64,000 nucleotides of DNA from an uncultured archaeon. GTDB taxonomy: Archaea; Asgardarchaeota; Lokiarchaeia; Sigyniarchaeales; SOKP01. The stretch covers positions 96,001 through 160,000 of the forward strand of contig CAZALK010000001.1 in NCBI GenBank assembly GCA_964486045.1, written 5' to 3'. Under the pieces are notes generated by a model. It worked only from the letters and a program-made list of their open reading frames with translations, was not told the origin of the DNA and did no database searches. Position 1 is the stretch's first letter; the number at the start of each line of letters is the position of its first letter. The translations under genes were made by a program, and so were the position numbers. This document shows, one piece after another, positions 1-8,790 of the stretch.

Positions 1-320
1 CTGCTGCTATAACTCACGGAGTACTAAAATTCGCAGAAACCTATGATGAGAAGTTTAAAAAATACGGTGGAAATTTACCAGATCCAATAGCTCAATCAAT
101 GGTTTCTTCAGCGAGTCAATACAAATATATTTGTGCTAAATTAGCAAAGGAAGTATGCTTTGAGTCAGCCCAAACCATGGGGGGGGCCGGAGTGTGCGAT
201 AATACCTTAATGTATGATTATATTGGTGTTTCGAGGATTTTGGAAGTTGTTGGAGGCACGAAGGAAGTCCAAAAACTGATAATGTCAAGGGGTTTAAGGC
301 GATTATTCAAAAACCTTTAA
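1..320 (+). CDS. Acyl-CoA dehydrogenase, C-terminal part (5' end outside window)
   Basis: Frame is open from position 3. 'AQTMGGAGV...ILEVVGGTKEVQKLIMSR' matches the ACAD C-terminal signature (Q..GG.G / I.eGT.E.Q). Confidence 0.85.
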   Translation, partial: AAITHGVLKFAETYDEKFKKYGGNLPDPIAQSMVSSASQYKYICAKLAKEVCFESAQTMGGAGVCDNTLMYDYIGVSRILEVVGGTKEVQKLIMSRGLRRLFKNL

Positions 321-397
321 AAATCTTATTTTTTATAAAAAGAAAAGTATAAGTAAGAAAATAAAGGATAAAAAATTTAATTTAGAAATTTGAGTAG

Positions 398-604
398 TTA
401 TTCTTCATCTTCGGCCATTAAACCTTCGATTTTAGTTTCAAATTCTTCTACTTTAGTAGAAAGGCCTTCAATTTTAGCGTAAGTTTCACATTTGTTGCAA
501 GCTCCTTCCTCCTGACATTTCTCCTCGGTATCGCAATTTTCTTCTAAGGCTTCTATTTGATCCAATAACCCATCTTTCTGTTCTTCAAGTTCCGTTATGC
601 TCAT
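398..604 (-). CDS. Small acidic coiled-coil protein with four-Cys motif (C-x5-C-x5-C-x2-C)
   Basis: ATG at 604 follows a GGTGA SD-like site. Heptad-like helices flank 'CDTEEKCQEEGACNKC'. Confidence 0.65.
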   Translation of the reverse strand: MSITELEEQKDGLLDQIEALEENCDTEEKCQEEGACNKCETYAKIEGLSTKVEEFETKIEGLMAEDEE

Positions 605-749
605 AATTCTCACCAAATTATTATGAATAAAATAGTATGTGATTCCTTATTTTTTTTTTTATTTTATTATGTAAATATCAAGAATTAACATATCAATAAA
701 AATAATTATGAATATTACCAAAGCTACTATTAATCGATAAATAAAAAAT

Positions 750-1403
750 TTAACCGGCTGAAGTAGTTTGCACTTCTTCCTCTTTTCGAATCTTTTTAAT
801 TCTTTTCTTTTTAGTGGCGTTTTTTATAAAATTAAGAGTTTCATTTGGTACATCCAATTCTTCAATCTCAAGATCATGTATCATAAAATCCAACCCAACT
901 GTTAATTTATAATTTTCTTCAAATCTTTTTTTGGTAACAACGTTTATTAATGTGGATTTTCCGACAGCTGCAGCTCCTACGAGAAGAATTTTGAACCTAA
1001 AATGCTTCGAATCTACGACTTCACCTAATCTTGGCTGTAAATCTATTAAAGATGTTAAAGCTAATCTGTGAAATAATACTTCCACGTTTAAATTTTTTAA
1101 TGCTGATGTCTCTATATACTCAAATAGATTATATTGGTTTACCATTTGGATTATTTTTTCTCGTGGAATGGTTTCCCCAATATCTTTTTGTAAATCATCT
1201 TTATTTCCAACTAAAATAATAGGAATATTTCCAGAACGTTCCCGGATATCGTTGAAGTATTCGTTAATTGAATCAAATGTATTCGGGCGTGATAAATCAA
1301 AAACCAGAGCGACTGCTGCTACACCTTTGAAAAAATCAGTTTTAAAAAAACTAAACCTCCCTTGTCCTCCAGTATCCCATAAAGATAATGTAATGGTTAT
1401 CAA
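750..1403 (-). CDS. Rab-like small GTPase, circularly permuted (G3-G4-G5-G1-G2)
   Basis: WDTGGQGRF (G3), GNKDD (G4) and ETSAL (G5) are followed by FKILLVGAAAVGKST (G1) and YKLTVGLDF (G2). Polybasic C-terminal tail. Confidence 0.85.
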   Translation of the reverse strand: MITITLSLWDTGGQGRFSFFKTDFFKGVAAVALVFDLSRPNTFDSINEYFNDIRERSGNIPIILVGNKDDLQKDIGETIPREKIIQMVNQYNLFEYIETSALKNLNVEVLFHRLALTSLIDLQPRLGEVVDSKHFRFKILLVGAAAVGKSTLINVVTKKRFEENYKLTVGLDFMIHDLEIEELDVPNETLNFIKNATKKKRIKKIRKEEEVQTTSAG

Positions 1404-1473
1404 ATTTAGTTCAAAGCCTCTTTAGTGTCTCTTGAATCCCAAACAATAATTTTTTCATCAAAGTCTTATGTTA

Positions 1474-3522
1474 TTATTTAATTGAGAGCAAATCCATTTT
1501 ATCGGCAATAGTTTTATTTAATTCTGTCATCTTTTTCTCTAATGTTTTAAGTTCTTTCTTAATTTCCTCATATCTACTCTCTTGGTTATTCAATTTTTTA
1601 ACGTATCTTTCTTTTAAGGAAACGGATTGGCTATCATCACCTAAAACAGAGATATTATCTCGTAACCTAGCTTGCTCATCAGTCATTAAATCTCGTTCTT
1701 CATTCAGCTTCTCTTGTTCATCTCTTAAATTGTTTAGGGTGTGAATTAATTCTGCGATTTCTTTTAATTGATTTTCAAGATCAGGATCTATAAATTTTTG
1801 TTTAACATAAAACCCAATTCTCTTGAAGAAATCGTCTTTGGAATAATTCCAAAGATAATTACTGGAATAATTTTCTTTTTGTTCTTTTAATTTAAAATTT
1901 ATTGCATCTTTTGGTTTTAAGGTTATCTTAAACCGCCAATAATTTGGGGTTTCTTCAGGATCCACAGGCTTTTCGACAATTTTATAGCCAGAAGATTTAG
2001 GATGATCTAAGTATAGCTCTTTCTCTTCTTCCGTTTTATTTCGAATTTTATAAGTCGTCATTGAATTTGTATAATAATATTCATAGGAATATCCACCACC
2101 AAATTTAACTCTATGAACATTCAGATTTTGAATTCGTTGCTCATGAATAACAATTACAGCCTGTTCAACAGCATAATTTAACAATCTCGTATCATCTTTA
2201 TTTAAAAATGGAATTATGGCTTCCCCGGCTAGATTATCATCATATATTATTGTAACGGGTCCACTCTCTAAAGTTAGGTTAGTGTTATTGGTTATTTCAA
2301 GGCAAGCATTTGGATTTTTATCATGATCGTTTTTATTATAAAGTAAAATCCTTTTTGCTTTAATCGACTCTGTAAGAATTGGAACCAGAGCCGATTTCTT
2401 TCTCTTAATGGTTACTGGATTTGTAATATTATACTCAAATAATTCTCCCAAATCTTTCGTTTGAGTTTTTGCTCCAGCCTTCAGTTTATCCATGATCACA
2501 CCATCAGATATATCCCCTCCGATTCCTCCAGTTGCAGCAGCTGGCGCACCAAGTGAGCGTTTGGCCATTCCTCTATTCCTTGAGCTCTCTGCTTTAGCCA
2601 TTCTTGGTGCGGGAGCAGGCATTGCGATATCGTAATCGTCAAATTCTTCCATAGCCAATCCTTCCTCAATTTCTGTTGGTCTGGCACTTAATACTTTCGG
2701 GGGTTGGATTACAGGACGCTGAATATATATTGGGAAATAAAAATTATATCGAAAACTGACAGGGAGACCACTTATTAAAGATAACTCAATATCTTCCCAG
2801 TCCTGATTTGTAGTGTTTTCTATGAGCCCCCAACCAGACAATAAACACTTCTGCTCCATAGCTTGTTTTTTGCTCATTATTAATCTATAGGAAGTCTTCC
2901 AGATTGGTGCCTCACGAATATATGAGACAAAAATATTTCTATCAATATCGTCCACTCCCCCAGATTCACAGTTTATCACTATCTTCTTAGAATCTTTTTT
3001 CTTTCCAGCAATTACAGTATCTAAAAAGAATTTTAAGTCTTTCTTGATCTCTTCATTTAATATCTCAAAAGATCTGACTTCTGAGAATGGGATCTTTACT
3101 ATAATATCATCATCCTGTAGGAGAACTAATATCTTCTGGATGATTTTATCGAATTTGCTTAATTTTTCAACAGTTTCAGTTCCTATTATCTTACCTGTAA
3201 CACTTTTGTTTCCACCAATTGTTAAACTTACGCTGGCACCTTTTATTTGGGTAACAAGTGAGGAGAAAGAATCTATATCAGGTATATTTAACATTATTGA
3301 TTTTAAGAGTTGTGAAGTCTCTAAAGCTGCGTCGTAAGAAATAGACGATATATATCCTTTTTCACTAGTATCTAAAACAAAAAGAGATTTTAAAACATCA
3401 TTCATCTCATCAATTTTGAACTCAAGCTCAAATGTGCTTGATCCTTTTAATGTACCCTCAAGGATATAATAGGAAACACCATGTTTAAAAATTATAACTT
3501 TTTTAACTTTGAGTTTCGACAT
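1474..3522 (-). CDS. DUF4139/DUF4140-like protein with C-terminal coiled coil
   Basis: 'VIIFKHGVSYY', 'MNDVLKSL', 'WKTSYRL', 'IENTTNQDWEDIELSLISGLP', 'LGELFEY...PVTIKRKKSALVP' and a central low-complexity Pro/Ala/Met segment are typical of DUF4139 proteins. Confidence 0.75.
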   Translation of the reverse strand: MSKLKVKKVIIFKHGVSYYILEGTLKGSSTFELEFKIDEMNDVLKSLFVLDTSEKGYISSISYDAALETSQLLKSIMLNIPDIDSFSSLVTQIKGASVSLTIGGNKSVTGKIIGTETVEKLSKFDKIIQKILVLLQDDDIIVKIPFSEVRSFEILNEEIKKDLKFFLDTVIAGKKKDSKKIVINCESGGVDDIDRNIFVSYIREAPIWKTSYRLIMSKKQAMEQKCLLSGWGLIENTTNQDWEDIELSLISGLPVSFRYNFYFPIYIQRPVIQPPKVLSARPTEIEEGLAMEEFDDYDIAMPAPAPRMAKAESSRNRGMAKRSLGAPAAATGGIGGDISDGVIMDKLKAGAKTQTKDLGELFEYNITNPVTIKRKKSALVPILTESIKAKRILLYNKNDHDKNPNACLEITNNTNLTLESGPVTIIYDDNLAGEAIIPFLNKDDTRLLNYAVEQAVIVIHEQRIQNLNVHRVKFGGGYSYEYYYTNSMTTYKIRNKTEEEKELYLDHPKSSGYKIVEKPVDPEETPNYWRFKITLKPKDAINFKLKEQKENYSSNYLWNYSKDDFFKRIGFYVKQKFIDPDLENQLKEIAELIHTLNNLRDEQEKLNEERDLMTDEQARLRDNISVLGDDSQSVSLKERYVKKLNNQESRYEEIKKELKTLEKKMTELNKTIADKMDLLSIK

Positions 3523-3602
3523 AGAATTATTATAATGTTAGAATAATTTAAATTTTAATACGTTAAGAAATAGATTTTTTAAAAACAACATAAACAATTT
3601 TG

Positions 3603-4064
3603 TTATAGCTTTTCTTCCAAGATTTCAAGCAAATCTTCTTCTAGAGTTGAAGATTTTTTTGGATTTTCTACGATAATACCCAGAAGATCACCACTTTCAT
3701 TGAAGAAGTAAAACGTTGGGAACCTTTTTAAATTAAACTTGGTTTTGACTGCTTCTGGAGGAGAATATAGAATTTTAAAATTCTCATCTTGATTTTTCAT
3801 CAACTTCATTATTTTTATCATTCTTGGTACATTTCTGGTACAATCTGGACACCCATTTTTCCCTAAAACAACAATCTTTAATGTTTTTTTTTTTTCGTTA
3901 AGAAGCTTGTTAATTTTTTCTAAAATATCTAATTTTGGTTCATAGGTTTTATAGTTTAAAGCGATTTTTTCTTTATATTCTTTTAAGTATTCTTCAGGGT
4001 TCATTGTTGGTGAAACAAGATCTCCCCATTTCAAATTTTTTAAATCAATTTTTATGTTTATCAT
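3603..4064 (-). CDS. Thioredoxin-family protein (GCPDC), paralog 1, with internal deletion
   Basis: CxxC motif and cis-Pro 'RFPTF'. Lacks about 19 aa present in the two paralogs. Confidence 0.85.
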   Translation of the reverse strand: MINIKIDLKNLKWGDLVSPTMNPEEYLKEYKEKIALNYKTYEPKLDILEKINKLLNEKKKTLKIVVLGKNGCPDCTRNVPRMIKIMKLMKNQDENFKILYSPPEAVKTKFNLKRFPTFYFFNESGDLLGIIVENPKKSSTLEEDLLEILEEKL

Positions 4065-4072
4065 AAAATCAT

Positions 4073-4576
4073 CTATAGCTTACGTTCCAAGATTTCAAGT
4101 AAATCTTCTTCCAGAGTTGAAGAATATTTAGGATTTTCAATGATAATACCCAGAAGATCACCACTTTTATTAAAAAAGTAAAACGTTGGAATTCTTTTTA
4201 AATCAAATTTAGGGTCGTTTGCTTCAGATGGTGACCATTCTTTATGCCAAATAGCTTCTCCGGGCATATGTGAAGCATTTGTCATAATACCAAATAGAAT
4301 TTTAAATTTTACCTCTTTATTTTTCATCAACTTTACTATTTTTATCATTCTTGGCATATTTCTTCTTGAGTCTGGACACCAGTTTGCTCCTAAAGCAACA
4401 ATTCTTAATATTTCTTTTTTTTCTTCCAGAACCTTGCTGATTTTTTCTAAAATGTCTAATTTTGGTTTGTATGTTTTATAGCTATCCCGGATTATATCCC
4501 CATATTCTTTTAAAAAGTCATCAGGGCTCATTGTGGGTGAAACAAGATCTTCCCATTTCAAATCATCTGTTGCCAT
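4073..4576 (-). CDS. Thioredoxin-family protein (WCPDS, monothiol), paralog 2
   Basis: WCPDS and RIPTF motifs; highly similar to its neighbours. Confidence 0.85.
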   Translation of the reverse strand: MATDDLKWEDLVSPTMSPDDFLKEYGDIIRDSYKTYKPKLDILEKISKVLEEKKEILRIVALGANWCPDSRRNMPRMIKIVKLMKNKEVKFKILFGIMTNASHMPGEAIWHKEWSPSEANDPKFDLKRIPTFYFFNKSGDLLGIIIENPKYSSTLEEDLLEILERKL

Positions 4577-4843
4577 ACGTTATAAGATATTCATTTAAGG
4601 TTAAAAAAATGATCATAATAGTTCATAAAATCATATTTGAAACCAATATAAAAATAGAAATAAAAAACAAAGAGAATAAATCAAAGAGGAATACTTAATT
4701 CCAATTATAACTAAGGAAATCTTATCTGATTTTAACATTCATAAAGTTTTGGGCGGTCAATTGCTTCATGTTGATATTTTTATGATAAGTTAAGCAAGGA
4801 TACTGCTTTCTTTCACCTGAGAATATTTTAATGATTATGACTG

Positions 4844-5347
4844 TTATAGCTTACCTTCTAAGATTCCAAGCAGGTCTTCTTCTAGTGTCGAAGAAAATTT
4901 AGGATTTTCAACAATTATGCCTATTAGATCATCATTTTCATTAAAAATGTAAAAAGTTGGGATTTTTTTTAAATCAAATATGGCTTTAACTGCTTCTGGA
5001 GGAGAACGTTTTTTATGCCAAATAACTTCTCCAGGACGATGCAGTGCATTTACGACAATACCATAGAGGATTTGAAGATTTACGTCTTTATTTTTCATCA
5101 ACTTAATTATTTTTATCATTCTTGGCACATTTCTTCCACAGTCAGGACACCATTTTGCCCCTAAAGCAACAATCTTTAATGATCCTTTTTTTTTGGTAAG
5201 AAGCTTGCTGATTTTTTCTAAAATGTCTAATTTTGGTTTGTATGTTTTATAGTTATCCCCGATTATATCCCCATATACTTTTAAATATTCATCAGGGCTC
5301 ATTGTGGGTGAAACAAGATCTTCCCATTTCAAATCATCTGTTACCAT
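4844..5347 (-). CDS. Thioredoxin-family protein (WCPDC), paralog 3
   Basis: WCPDC and KIPTF motifs. Confidence 0.9.
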   Translation of the reverse strand: MVTDDLKWEDLVSPTMSPDEYLKVYGDIIGDNYKTYKPKLDILEKISKLLTKKKGSLKIVALGAKWCPDCGRNVPRMIKIIKLMKNKDVNLQILYGIVVNALHRPGEVIWHKKRSPPEAVKAIFDLKKIPTFYIFNENDDLIGIIVENPKFSSTLEEDLLGILEGKL

Positions 5348-5452
5348 ACGTTATAAGAATTCATCCAAGATTATAAAAATTATCATAATAGTTCATAAAA
5401 TCATACTATAAACCATTTTTTTATATAGAACTCTTATCCAAGAAAAGAGATA

Positions 5453-6007
5453 TCATTTTTTTTGAGGAATCTTATTTTTTAAGATTAGTTTTGTTAATAA
5501 TTGATAAATTTTATGAACGTTCTCTCCAGTCTTAGAACTACACTCTATAAATCCGTCAGCACCTTTAGAATGTGCTACTTCCATTGCCTTTCTTGTTGAA
5601 ACTTCCTTAAGGTGAATTAGATCTGTTTTACCACCAACAAAAATAATAGGAATTTCGTAACTTATTTCTTTATTAATTATTTCATACCAATCATCAACGT
5701 GTGCTAAGGAGCCATAGTTGGTAATATCAAACATAAAAATCGCTCCATTAGCGCCTCGAATATAAGAAGGAAACAAAAATCTAAAGCGTTCTTCACCAGC
5801 AAAATCCCAAATCTGAAGTTTTACGTTGAAGTTATCTATAATTATAGCTTTAAGTAAGAACTCTACTCCAATCGACATTTGAATGTCTGCTTTAAAAAGA
5901 TTTGTTAAGAATCTATGAGTTAAAGTGGTCTTTCCAGTTTGAGAATCTCCGAATATGACAATTTTAAAAGTGTATATTTCACTTGACAACCCTAAAACCC
6001 AAATCAC
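5453..6007 (-). CDS. Rab-like small GTPase
   Basis: GDSQTGKTT, SIGVEF, LQIWDFAGEERFRFL, GKTD and ECSSKTG motifs in normal order. The true start may be the downstream TTG. Confidence 0.9.
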   Translation of the reverse strand: MIWVLGLSSEIYTFKIVIFGDSQTGKTTLTHRFLTNLFKADIQMSIGVEFLLKAIIIDNFNVKLQIWDFAGEERFRFLFPSYIRGANGAIFMFDITNYGSLAHVDDWYEIINKEISYEIPIIFVGGKTDLIHLKEVSTRKAMEVAHSKGADGFIECSSKTGENVHKIYQLLTKLILKNKIPQKK

Positions 6008-6176
6008 TAAGATTTTTTCTATGTTATTTACCTGATTAATAAGGCATCTGACATATATTAAATATAATATTGTTTTACGGCTTAAAAATTTAACATTAAA
6101 ATCAAAAGAATACTCTGTGCTAAAATTTAGATTCAGAATAAGTAGAACTTGTATTTTTTTTTATGCAAATAATTAA

Positions 6177-8507
6177 TTAGTGCAAATCCTTATTGATCAG
6201 ATTACCTAACAAAGATAATGCTCCTTGTTTATCTAATGGTTCGTTTGAGTTACCACATTTTGGAGACATAATGCATGCTGGACAACCATTCTTTGTTCTA
6301 CAACTACATGATTTAATTAACTTAAAAGCCATTAATATTAGTTCATTTAAGTTAAAATAAAGTGATTCTGAAACCCCAATGCCACCTCTATAAGCATCAT
6401 AGATATAGATTATTGGCTGTTGCTTAATAGGATCGAAATCTATTGAAACTCCACCTAAATCCCAACGAGATATCTGGGCTAGTGCTGGAGCCATCGCAAT
6501 CATCGCATGTTCAATAGCATGAATGGTTCCTCCTAAATCATATCCGTTCAATTCTAATTCTTTTTGAGATTCAAATGGAATTGTGAACCATACGGCTTGT
6601 GATTCAAATCTTATGATTGGGATATCCTCAAGTGGATGCCTTGAGCGGATCTCTTGAGTTAAAGTGTCAACAACTTTGTAGGAATAATATTCATACTCTA
6701 CTTTCACTTTTCCAAAAAACGAGGTTATTTTATCATCCTCTCCTGCTACACCTTGATAAATTACTTCAAGAGGAGTAATGTCCGTATGCTTTAAAGATTG
6801 AGTATAATAATCCACATTTTTTTTAGAAAGATATACCATTCTCTCTTCCATATCGAGATCTTCCACTAGATATGATTCAGTTTCGTAAAGATAAACTGCA
6901 CCGGGGTGTAAATCTCGATACACAAAGCTATCACCTTCAACAGTTAATAGTTGTTCACCAAATTCAGTTCTTAGCATAACTTTGAAACTTTTAGCAGAAA
7001 GATCATTTAATCCATACTTTTCATTTGGAAAAAAATCACTATTCCAATAATACCGATCTCCCCTCTTCATGAGCAACGATTCTGAAACCAATTCTTCTAG
7101 GCATCCCAAAAAGTAATTTTTATCCGGGACTCCAAATTTCTCATATTCATCGATTTTAATAGGAATCTCCTTAGACGCACAGCAGAGGTGGTTCTTAGTA
7201 ATATATTTATTATTTAATGTAATCAGAGCTTCTTCTTGAATGGGTCCAAATAGTTGATCAGGATTATGAATGTAAAATAAATCTAATGGATCTGCCATAG
7301 GTATCAGAGTTGAGATGGAGAGATCAGTCCCCCTTCCAGAACGACCAATTTGCTGTTTGAAGCTTGAAATTGTCCCAGGGAAACCAGAGCTTATTGTAGC
7401 ATCTAGAGAACCGATGTCAATTCCTAATTCAAGAGCATTGGTAGAACTTACGCCTAATATTTTTCGGCTTTTGAAGCCTTGTTCTATCTCTCTTCTTTTC
7501 TTTTTGCTAATGCCGGCTCGATAACTGAAAATTTTATCCTTTATGATTGGAAGAGCTTTTCTTGTCCAAATTGCCTGCAATTCAGCCATTTTTCTAGATA
7601 ATGTAAAAGTTAATGTTTGTAATCCACCTTTGAATCTTAAATGGCTATTAAATAGGTTTTTGGTTTCCTGATGGGGTGAACGATATTTTTTTGAAATAGT
7701 GTCATAAGGTAAGTCCCATAAAATAACTTTCTTAACTCCTGAAGGGGAATCATCTCGATCTATAACCTCAAATGTTTCTCCAACTAATTTTTCACTAAAT
7801 TCTTTGGGATTATAAATAGTAGCACTGGATAAAATCCACTGTGGTTCTACATTGAAAGCGTCAAGCATTCTTTTAAATCTTCTGAGAAGGAGTGCAAAAT
7901 TTGAACCAAAAATACCGCGATATATGTGAATCTCATCTAGAACGACATATTTCAAATTCTTGCATATCCGACTCCATCTCTTTTTAAAACTTGGCAAATA
8001 GAAATGAAGCCCATAAGGGTTAGTTATAATAATATTAGCATTGTTTAAGACGAACCTCTTTTCATTCGCATCTATATCCCCATCATAAACTCCAATTCTA
8101 TTTTGTTTTATATTAGTATCTGTTAATAACTGAGATAAGACAGTGAATTGATCTCTCGCTAAGGCTTTAGTTGGAAAAATATAAATAGCCGTTGTTTTTG
8201 GGTTCTCTAAGATTGACTGTACTACAGGAAGATTATAACAGAGTGATTTCCCAGATGCTGTAGAAGTTACAATAACTGTATTCTTCTCTTTACGAATTAA
8301 ATTTATTGCATCTGTCTGATGACGCCACAGATTTAAATGATTATTATCTAACCAACGTTGAAGTCGTTTTCTTAATGGCTCCTCTAATTCACCATATTGA
8401 GCTTTTTTTTGGGGAATATGCTCAATATGATAAATCTGATTGGAATAATAATCTTGAGACTTAATATAGCGTAAAAAATCTTCGAATTCAACCATAGATA
8501 GTTTCAA
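6177..8507 (-). CDS. DEAD/DEAH-box helicase with C-terminal DUF1998 Zn domain (Hrq1/MrfA/SftH-like)
   Basis: TASGKS, PTKALARDQ, DEIH, SAT, TNALELGIDIG, QQIGRSGR and a C-terminal CSC..GCPAC...C motif. Confidence 0.92.
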   Translation of the reverse strand: MKLSMVEFEDFLRYIKSQDYYSNQIYHIEHIPQKKAQYGELEEPLRKRLQRWLDNNHLNLWRHQTDAINLIRKEKNTVIVTSTASGKSLCYNLPVVQSILENPKTTAIYIFPTKALARDQFTVLSQLLTDTNIKQNRIGVYDGDIDANEKRFVLNNANIIITNPYGLHFYLPSFKKRWSRICKNLKYVVLDEIHIYRGIFGSNFALLLRRFKRMLDAFNVEPQWILSSATIYNPKEFSEKLVGETFEVIDRDDSPSGVKKVILWDLPYDTISKKYRSPHQETKNLFNSHLRFKGGLQTLTFTLSRKMAELQAIWTRKALPIIKDKIFSYRAGISKKKRREIEQGFKSRKILGVSSTNALELGIDIGSLDATISSGFPGTISSFKQQIGRSGRGTDLSISTLIPMADPLDLFYIHNPDQLFGPIQEEALITLNNKYITKNHLCCASKEIPIKIDEYEKFGVPDKNYFLGCLEELVSESLLMKRGDRYYWNSDFFPNEKYGLNDLSAKSFKVMLRTEFGEQLLTVEGDSFVYRDLHPGAVYLYETESYLVEDLDMEERMVYLSKKNVDYYTQSLKHTDITPLEVIYQGVAGEDDKITSFFGKVKVEYEYYSYKVVDTLTQEIRSRHPLEDIPIIRFESQAVWFTIPFESQKELELNGYDLGGTIHAIEHAMIAMAPALAQISRWDLGGVSIDFDPIKQQPIIYIYDAYRGGIGVSESLYFNLNELILMAFKLIKSCSCRTKNGCPACIMSPKCGNSNEPLDKQGALSLLGNLINKDLH

Positions 8508-8790
8508 TACCTATAATGCGCAATCTCAATTAAAAATTTCAATGGGAATAGATTTATTCATTTATCTAAGACTCTAACCTTACCATCTATAGATATCATC
8601 CTAAGCCTAATCTTTTTTAATAGTTACACTTTAATGCTAAAGATTTATTTCAATGAGTTTTAAAATCAAACCTAATCTTTTAGTTTTATGAATCGTTCAT
8701 TAAACTCTTAAAACTTTTTAACAATCTTTTAACAACCTTTTTATAAAATAAAATCAAATTTAAATAAGCAAATTACCTTTCCTAGTACAC

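Larger units (their letters stand above)
4073..5415 (-). repeat. Tandem duplication of thioredoxin gene including about 70 bp of upstream region
   Basis: 4577-4645 'acgttataagatattcat...atcataatagttcataaaatcata' closely matches 5348-5415 'acgttataagaattcat...atcataatagttcataaaatcata'. Confidence 0.8.

Noticed and set aside
1404-1473. Frameshifted missing N-terminus (G1/G2) of the GTPase
   Set aside because: All three frames are short and have no P-loop, and the gap is only 70 bp.
4368-4382. Selenocysteine in thioredoxin paralog 2
   Set aside because: The codon is TCA (Ser), not TGA. I saw no in-frame UGA at a Cys-equivalent site in any gene I examined.
4640-4843. Gene remnant between thioredoxin copies
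   Set aside because: Only short ORFs of about 35 aa with no recognisable motif.
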